DNA of 64,000 nt, from positions 264,604 through 328,603 of the IMG/VR virus record IMGVR_UViG_3300044972_002389; one strand, written 5' to 3'. A program made the translations under genes and the position numbers. The notes under the pieces were generated by a model that was not told the DNA's origin, ran no database searches, and saw nothing but the letters and a program-made list of their open reading frames with translations. Positions 57,598 through 64,000 of the stretch are shown here, piece by piece. Each line of letters begins with the position of its first letter. Position 1 is the first letter of the stretch.

Positions 57598-60351
57598 ATG
57601 AAAACAAAAATTAGTAAAATTTTACAAAAAGCACTAGTTGAAGCCATAGCCCCAAGGGGTGGGCCCAAGAGCGCTCCTCCCGCCAAGCTAACAGTTAGTA
57701 GTGCCACCTTGGATTCAAGACTGGAGATGATTAACAATGTATTGGACAACATGTATGACCACATTAGTGGTATCCTGCTTGTTGGTCCTACAGGCATTGG
57801 AAAAACATCATTTGTTTATCAATTTAGTGAACTTATGGGCATGAATGCAGTAGTTGTGGAGGCACCGCATGTTAGTGAAGAGCACTTGGTTAACATTCCA
57901 TTTATGGTATATAATCCCATTAACAAAACCAAAAAAGCAGGCACTGACCAACTGACCCCAGTAGAGCCAGCAAGAAAAGCTGCTAAAAGTCCGAACCAAC
58001 CTATAGATATCAAAAAATGGGACGTAGTTTACGGTAAAAGCCATCTTGTAGCTTCCATTGAAGCGTTGAGGCCCGTAAGTGATCAAGAGCTCTTGAACCA
58101 CATGAACTCAAAATCTAGCAATAATACCAAAGCTCTTTGGAAAGGCTTAGGTGGCACCGAAACAACTATACCACCTAGAGTGGCTGAATTGCGTAGACGC
58201 TACAGCAGCATCCTATTCATTGATGAATTTATGCGTCAAGTAACAGGTGGGGTTCGTAATATTCTTCGTGATTTGGTTGTGGACAAGAAGGTTGGTGATA
58301 ATGACTTACCTCCCAACGTGTACTCTATGTATGCCAGCAACTTGAAGGATACTGGATCCCAGGGCACTGTTGAACAAATGCCCAGCTTTTACCAATTCCA
58401 ACAGATTCACTTCCCTACTCCCAGCAAGCAAGATTTTTTCCATTATTTGATTGCTGAATTTGAAAAAGATGGAGTTCATCTCAAGCCAGAAGTGGCAACA
58501 GCATTCTACAAAGCACTAGATGACAAACATATAAGTTATGATGATGCAGCATCAGAAATTCGCACCAGTCCTCGCCGGTGGGAGCAAATTATCAGTTATG
58601 TGAATGCAAGTGTTCCTGTCACTACAAAAGAACAAGCATCCTCTCTATTAGCAAACATAAAAGCTAATTTTGAAGATATTGATAAAGTAAGCAGTCTCTA
58701 TAAACTAGTTGATCAAATTGTACGTAATATTATTTGGGACACAAGTGGCGAGGACTTTGCAGGTGTGAAGGCAAATAGCCCTACCTTATGGCGTGATACA
58801 CTTATGCATCAAGTTGAAACAGCTGAAAAAATGGGCGATCAGAGAGCTTATGTTCCCATTGTTGCAGGTCAGCCTGGTATTGGCAAAACTGCGGAAATGA
58901 CTTCAATAGCTGACAAATTGAACTTAAGGCTTATAAGAATTTCTTGCACAAGTTTACGTCCTGAAGACGTTACTGGTATTCCATTGCCTGATGAAAAAGA
59001 GGGTAAATTTGATGTTAAGTTTGCTGATCCTCCGTTGTATCGAAAGATTATTGATCAAATGGAACAAAAAAAGGAAGCTTTTCTCAATTCACCAAAAATT
59101 TCAGAGGAGAGAAAACAAGAGTGGCTCGGCAAGCCCAAGCAATATTTGTTGTTCTTTGATGAATTCAACCGTCCTGAAGAAGCCACTACTTACAACACAC
59201 TGCGCCGTGTTATTTTGGACAAAAGTTTTACGGATGATATCAAGTTGCCCAAAAATCTAATTGTCGTTGCAGCCATGAATCCAACAGACCTTAAAGTCCA
59301 GCCACTCACAGGTCATATGAAAGATGCGACTGACTATATAGCAACAGCCCCACGTTGGAGCTCACAGAAAGAATTTCATGATACCTCTTTGCTGCGACCA
59401 GACCTAAGTGAGGAAGCATCCACTATTGCCCGGATGTTGGTTCATAACTTTGCTGAAAAATTTAAGCTGGATGTTCCTGACCCTAGCAAAAACATAGATT
59501 CTGAAAGCAGGCAATTCTATATTCAAGTGGGAGATGATGATGTATATATGTCAGGTAGAGAGTATTCAGACATGTTACTGGCCATGCAGCGTGGATTGGA
59601 TCGGGTAGTTAACAAAAAAGATCAGTATGTGCTGCCCAATGGTGAATTTGATAGCGACGGCTATATTGATGCCTTACTGCGCATGGCTAGCACAAAAATC
59701 ATGATGACACTAGACAATGTTTTGCACAAAAATCAAATTGACAGAGAAATGTTTGTTGACCAACTGGATCTTTGGTTGCAAGAACAACGAGAACTATTGA
59801 CCAGCAGTCAAACAACCGGAACCAGTTTGGAAAGCTTGTTTGACAATGCAGTTCGCAATCCCAAGAAGCATCTCAAAGACAATGCAGCATTTATGAATTG
59901 GGTTGATACACAATTTAGCCCAGCTGACTTCACCAATGAGTTCCTAGCTTGGTTAACAAACGTTGCTGCACAAGAGGCCAACAAGTTTGATCTGTTGGTC
60001 AGCAAAACGCATAACAAAAAAGTCATACAAGATGGTGTAGTTCAAATAACTGATGATTTGATCGACAAAGTGAACTTCATTGTTGATGAAATTATCATGG
60101 CAATGAATGTTCACAAGCTCAGTAGCCAAATTGGACAAAGTATGGAAGCTGCATTGAGAAAGTTTTGGACCAGTGTGTTCATTGCTGATATTGAAAGAAT
60201 GGAAGAAGAGGCTAAAGATCTTGCCAAAACTGATAAGGCTGCATCAAAAGCTGCCTTGGCTGCTGTAGAGGGGTATCAAAACACGTTGATGGATTATCAA
60301 CGCAAGGTTGCAGCCAAAGTAAGAAGTTTCAGAAAACCCGCAGGAACATAA
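57598..60351 (+). CDS. tandem double-AAA+ ATPase (MoxR/AAA_5-like)
   Basis: Module 1: GPTGIGKT, ILFIDEF, SPRRWE. Module 2: GQPGIGKT, DVTGIP, FFDEFNR, VAAMNP, SGREY. Confidence 0.85.
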   Translation: MKTKISKILQKALVEAIAPRGGPKSAPPAKLTVSSATLDSRLEMINNVLDNMYDHISGILLVGPTGIGKTSFVYQFSELMGMNAVVVEAPHVSEEHLVNIPFMVYNPINKTKKAGTDQLTPVEPARKAAKSPNQPIDIKKWDVVYGKSHLVASIEALRPVSDQELLNHMNSKSSNNTKALWKGLGGTETTIPPRVAELRRRYSSILFIDEFMRQVTGGVRNILRDLVVDKKVGDNDLPPNVYSMYASNLKDTGSQGTVEQMPSFYQFQQIHFPTPSKQDFFHYLIAEFEKDGVHLKPEVATAFYKALDDKHISYDDAASEIRTSPRRWEQIISYVNASVPVTTKEQASSLLANIKANFEDIDKVSSLYKLVDQIVRNIIWDTSGEDFAGVKANSPTLWRDTLMHQVETAEKMGDQRAYVPIVAGQPGIGKTAEMTSIADKLNLRLIRISCTSLRPEDVTGIPLPDEKEGKFDVKFADPPLYRKIIDQMEQKKEAFLNSPKISEERKQEWLGKPKQYLLFFDEFNRPEEATTYNTLRRVILDKSFTDDIKLPKNLIVVAAMNPTDLKVQPLTGHMKDATDYIATAPRWSSQKEFHDTSLLRPDLSEEASTIARMLVHNFAEKFKLDVPDPSKNIDSESRQFYIQVGDDDVYMSGREYSDMLLAMQRGLDRVVNKKDQYVLPNGEFDSDGYIDALLRMASTKIMMTLDNVLHKNQIDREMFVDQLDLWLQEQRELLTSSQTTGTSLESLFDNAVRNPKKHLKDNAAFMNWVDTQFSPADFTNEFLAWLTNVAAQEANKFDLLVSKTHNKKVIQDGVVQITDDLIDKVNFIVDEIIMAMNVHKLSSQIGQSMEAALRKFWTSVFIADIERMEEEAKDLAKTDKAASKAALAAVEGYQNTLMDYQRKVAAKVRSFRKPAGT

Positions 60352-60369
60352 TCAAAGATAGGACGAACA

Positions 60370-62775
60370 ATGGCATTTTCTGTCAAGAGCAATTTAGCCA
60401 AAACACTTTTGGCGTTGGATACCAAGACCTCAGTAACCCCCAAAACAAGGGTTGCTGAGGCTTGGACTATGCGGGCACGCGAAATGGGCGAAACGCCCTT
60501 CAAAAAATCCACACTTCAAGATCGGCACATACAAGAAGTGTTGCAGCATGCCAGTATGGTTACTGGGGTCCCGCTCCCTGATATTGAGCGAGCCATGCAG
60601 AAAAAAATGGCTGAGATTGAAGAGATCAAAAAGTACAGCCCTATTCTCTATGAAACCATTGCTCATAATGCTGCTGAAAATGCTGTATTTGATTTGGTAA
60701 GCAGTGTGCGAAGTAATGTAATGGATCCGCATCCAAGTTTACTAAAATTTGATGAAATAACTTTCCTCAAACTGGCCCGAATGGTTCAGGCGGAGCACCC
60801 TATGTTTCGCCCATTGAAACAACCTGCTGATCCAATCCGTAGAGTGTGGAAAGTTACTCCAATCTTGGTACCTAGTAACCTGCGTGAATACAAAAAGTAC
60901 AATGGTGTGAACACTGCTTGTGCAACTGCTCAAGGTGACTTTGTATTCAACAAACCGTTCATGCAAAACTTGATGGATTGGGCAGTTATTGAAGGTGTTC
61001 ACCCCCAAGGCAAAAAATATCACAGCAATGGAGGTCCCATTCCTGATGCCTATGTGTATGTGGAATTTTTGATTATGCATGAGTACATGCATTTTGCCTA
61101 TGGCGATTTCAATTATAGCAAACAATTGCCGCAATTCAATCACAAAGTTCACAACTGGGCTTCAGATTTCAGGAGCAATTACGACCTCGTTAAAAACAAC
61201 TTTGCGCAATTGCCTATTGGGTTGTTCAGTGATCACATCAATAGTGATCGGCAAGGCAGCTACACTGACATGGCACAGCTGGTTCACGATGAACTCAAAA
61301 AACTGCCACCACATTTGCAGAAATTGTGGGAAAAAATAGCCAAAATTGATGAAGAACCCAACAAACCCAAAACGCCTAAAAAAACCAGCACTAAACCGCC
61401 ACCGCCTGTGATCAAGGTGCGGTATAGGGCAAGTGAGAGTGATGTTGTAAGGCTCCCAGATGGTACATATGGGCAGGTTACAAAAGTTGATCCGGATGGA
61501 AGTTTTGATACCCGTCCACTAACGCAGGACGAGGCAACACAACTGCTCAATTATCCCAAAGGCTATCGTGTGCGGGCTAATCCACAAATAACAGAAAGCA
61601 AGAGAAAAAGGATTTTGTTGGAAGGCCGTTGGAAGCCTGATGATGTGATTTGGATGAAACCCAAGCGGGACAAACCTACTCCTCCACCTCAACCTCCTGA
61701 GCCCCCATTACCACCTGAACCGGAAGATGATGAGGACGAACCAACACCGCCTCCTGTAATTGACATGGAGGGGGAAGATCCACCACCTGACGAAGATGAT
61801 GAAGGAGAAGGAAGCAGTGGTGGTGAAGAAGGTGAAGACGAGGAAGAGGACGGTAAGGAAGGCAAAGGCAAAGACGAAAAAGAGAAAGAAAAGAAAAAAG
61901 AAAAAGTCTTTGGCCCGTCTCCAGATGAAATAGCTGAAAAACTCAAGGACCAGATCAAGGATTCTAACATTACACCTCGGCCAGGGACTCCTAGTGGTAG
62001 AGACGATCCCCGGATGGGTCCTGGCCAAGCTGGCAGTCCTGGTGGCGCAGGGGCATTGCCTTTGGGTTCTGCCAAAAAGCGTGTTGAAGACATCAAGCCG
62101 CATATGAATTGGAAACAGTTGATCAAGTTGATGGTGTCCAGTAGTCAATTGGCAACAGACACATCGTACACCAAGCCCAGCAGGAGAAACATCACAGGTG
62201 CGCCCATAGCTGCCAAGTTAGGGGCTGCTGCAATCAAACCTGGTCAAGTCAAGCGACCTGTTCCCATCAACAAAGTGTTGCTTGCATTCGACACATCAGG
62301 TAGCATGTGGGGGTTTGTACCTACTGCCTTGAAAGAGGCTGAAATGCTCTTGAAGCAGTTGGGCAAAGTTGATTATCCTTTTGGTGTTATGTTCTGGGCT
62401 GGTAGTCACGAAAGCTTTGTGGTAAACCAAGGACAAGATTTTTATGCTCCTGTTGACAACTTGCGCCAACTTAATGAACCTGTAGACAAAAGCAAACAAA
62501 TCAAGGGCTGGAACAATGTTTTGAAACAGCATGGCACAGGTGGCACAATGTTTACACCTGCAATGGTAAGCGAGCTATCTGCTGCTGCCTCAGATGGTTT
62601 CAATATTTTGATATTCTCAGATACTGACCTATTGGACAATCAAAATTGGCTCAACTTCCTGAAATTGTGGAAAGCACACAAAGCCAATGTGTTTTGTGTG
62701 TTCAACGATGAACCAAGTTGGCGTAAGGCAGTGAAAAAAGTGGGACAAAATACACCACATTTTACTCATTTGTAA
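60370..62775 (+). CDS. HExxH metallopeptidase-like + VWA domain protein (DUF2201-like)
   Basis: TACAT...F..N..F, MHEYMH, N.ASD; Pro/acidic linker; MIDAS DTSGSM, GGT, FSD. Confidence 0.82.
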   Translation: MAFSVKSNLAKTLLALDTKTSVTPKTRVAEAWTMRAREMGETPFKKSTLQDRHIQEVLQHASMVTGVPLPDIERAMQKKMAEIEEIKKYSPILYETIAHNAAENAVFDLVSSVRSNVMDPHPSLLKFDEITFLKLARMVQAEHPMFRPLKQPADPIRRVWKVTPILVPSNLREYKKYNGVNTACATAQGDFVFNKPFMQNLMDWAVIEGVHPQGKKYHSNGGPIPDAYVYVEFLIMHEYMHFAYGDFNYSKQLPQFNHKVHNWASDFRSNYDLVKNNFAQLPIGLFSDHINSDRQGSYTDMAQLVHDELKKLPPHLQKLWEKIAKIDEEPNKPKTPKKTSTKPPPPVIKVRYRASESDVVRLPDGTYGQVTKVDPDGSFDTRPLTQDEATQLLNYPKGYRVRANPQITESKRKRILLEGRWKPDDVIWMKPKRDKPTPPPQPPEPPLPPEPEDDEDEPTPPPVIDMEGEDPPPDEDDEGEGSSGGEEGEDEEEDGKEGKGKDEKEKEKKKEKVFGPSPDEIAEKLKDQIKDSNITPRPGTPSGRDDPRMGPGQAGSPGGAGALPLGSAKKRVEDIKPHMNWKQLIKLMVSSSQLATDTSYTKPSRRNITGAPIAAKLGAAAIKPGQVKRPVPINKVLLAFDTSGSMWGFVPTALKEAEMLLKQLGKVDYPFGVMFWAGSHESFVVNQGQDFYAPVDNLRQLNEPVDKSKQIKGWNNVLKQHGTGGTMFTPAMVSELSAAASDGFNILIFSDTDLLDNQNWLNFLKLWKAHKANVFCVFNDEPSWRKAVKKVGQNTPHFTHL

Positions 62776-62777
62776 TC

Positions 62778-63413
62778 ATGCAGGCAGAGATTCATCCGCT
62801 AGACTGGGTTTACAAAAATTTTGATGTGCCTAGCACAACCAAAATCTCCTTGAGTCCCAGTAATGAGATAGTTGTTGACGGTGATATTGTAGCTTGGGGA
62901 GTAGGGCAATCCTTTCCCCAGCTACCTGTGCGTTTCAAAAAAGTCACAGGCGTCTGCGGCTTTGCCAGCATGGGGCTTGAATCTCTCTTAGGTGCGCCAC
63001 AAGAGTGCGGGTCCTTTTATTGCTCTGGTAACGAACTAGAGTCTCTTGAACATGGACCAACAACGATTGTAGGCGGCGAATACAATTGCTCTTATAATCG
63101 TTTGAGTGATTTAACAGGCCTGCCCACTGAAATTCCAGGCAGGCTCAGCTGCCATGGTAACTGGTTAACCTCCTTACAAGGGTTTCCTAACCACGTTGGA
63201 ACAAGTGTTGACTTAACATGGCACAATAGTTTGCCTTTGTTGAGAACTTTGGTTGCTAAGGAAGTTGGGTTCTCAAACACAGGTGACACTTTCGAGAAGG
63301 CTTACCAGGTAGCCAAGATATTGAACAAATACGCAGGACAAGGCAAACGTGCCATGTTTGATTGCCAAAAAGACTTGGAAGATGCAGGATTTGAAGGAAA
63401 TGCAAGATGGTAG
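62778..63413 (+). CDS. LRR-like repeat protein, array member 1
   Basis: L.SL.G.P....G...C..N repeats; C-terminal tail shared with the next gene. Confidence 0.8.
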   Translation: MQAEIHPLDWVYKNFDVPSTTKISLSPSNEIVVDGDIVAWGVGQSFPQLPVRFKKVTGVCGFASMGLESLLGAPQECGSFYCSGNELESLEHGPTTIVGGEYNCSYNRLSDLTGLPTEIPGRLSCHGNWLTSLQGFPNHVGTSVDLTWHNSLPLLRTLVAKEVGFSNTGDTFEKAYQVAKILNKYAGQGKRAMFDCQKDLEDAGFEGNARW

Positions 63414-63958
63414 ACAAAAATGAAATAATGGAGTTGTTTGAAAAATATTTTAAAACAGCTGATGAGATAACCATTGACGATAAGGGATTGGTCTCTTGTA
63501 CTGGAGATGTAGGTCTCCAACCAGAACTGAAGCACGAGAGGTTACCTGTGTCTTTTGATATGGTTGATGGTGATTTCTGGTGCCACAACAACCAGCTCAC
63601 AACACTTGAAGGTGCACCCACTTCAGTTGGTGGTGATTTCGGGTGCTACCACAACCAGCTCACAACACTTGAAGGTGCACCCACTTCAGTTGGTGGTGAT
63701 TTCAGGTGCTACCACAACCAGCTCACCTCACTTGAAGGCATGCCAGCCGTAGAAGGAACCTTGTGGCTCTCCTACAGCCCCACGTTGCCACTGCTTCGTT
63801 GTTTGCTCGCAAAAGAGATTCAACTGTATCCCAAAGATGGGAAGCACAAAACAGCTGAAAAAATTCTCAATCGATACGCAGGGCAAGGCAAACGAGCAAT
63901 GTTTGACTGCCAAAAAGACTTGGAAGATGCAGGCTTTGAAGGAAATGCCAGATGGTAG
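63407..63958 (+). CDS. LRR-like repeat protein, array member 2
   Basis: 21-aa repeats GDFxCxxNQLTTLEGAPTSVG; same C-terminal tail. Confidence 0.85.
   Translation: MVDKNEIMELFEKYFKTADEITIDDKGLVSCTGDVGLQPELKHERLPVSFDMVDGDFWCHNNQLTTLEGAPTSVGGDFGCYHNQLTTLEGAPTSVGGDFRCYHNQLTSLEGMPAVEGTLWLSYSPTLPLLRCLLAKEIQLYPKDGKHKTAEKILNRYAGQGKRAMFDCQKDLEDAGFEGNARW
63569..63739 (+). repeat. 63-bp near-perfect tandem repeat (about 2.7 copies) encoding LRR-like units
   Basis: Units start at 63569, 63632 and 63695. Confidence 0.9.
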
Positions 63959-64000
63959 ACAAAAAAGAAGTAATGGCTTTGTTGGAAAAATATTTCAAAA
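63952..64000 (+). CDS. LRR-like array member 3 (5' end only, truncated by the window)
   Basis: MVDKKEVMALLEKYFK, paralogous to member 2's MVDKNEIMELFEKYFK; same AGATGGTAG overlap. Confidence 0.8.
   Translation, partial: MVDKKEVMALLEKYFK

Noticed and set aside
63569-63739. 63-bp repeats as a CRISPR array or a DGR template/variable repeat pair
   Set aside because: In-frame tandem coding repeats; differences are not exclusively at adenines (C/T also); no reverse transcriptase in the window, though one elsewhere cannot be excluded

Overview
A 64-kb segment of a large T4-like (myovirus, probably jumbo) phage genome in the standard genetic code. An alphaproteobacterial host is likely, based on a two-piece permuted tmRNA, a Usg-family gene, a MAKAAT-type bL33 and TTGAC-N14-17-GCTANA promoters. 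Core genes: tail tube, head completion nuclease, large terminase, gp32-like SSB, UvsX/UvsY/UvsW, primase, gp41-like helicase, NrdA/NrdB/glutaredoxin and two topoisomerase II subunits. Many putative virion genes follow TAAATA late promoters. An early accessory island (about 14-20 kb) has host-type promoters. Most notable: (1) a late operon encoding a tandem double-AAA MoxR-like ATPase and a HExxH/VWA protein, followed by a translationally coupled array of variable LRR-like paralogs with an invariant 27-aa C-terminal tail; (2) a translation-targeting set made of bL33, an adjacent RlmN/Cfr-like radical SAM enzyme lacking the adduct-resolving cysteine, and a permuted tmRNA; (3) a homing endonuclease that split uvsW and apparently supplied a recoded replacement 5' end; (4) a 208-aa miniature Pol III alpha-like protein; (5) two T7 gp0.7-like kinases under a late promoter; (6) several candidate structured RNAs. 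All assignments come from recognising motifs by eye; no database searches were run.
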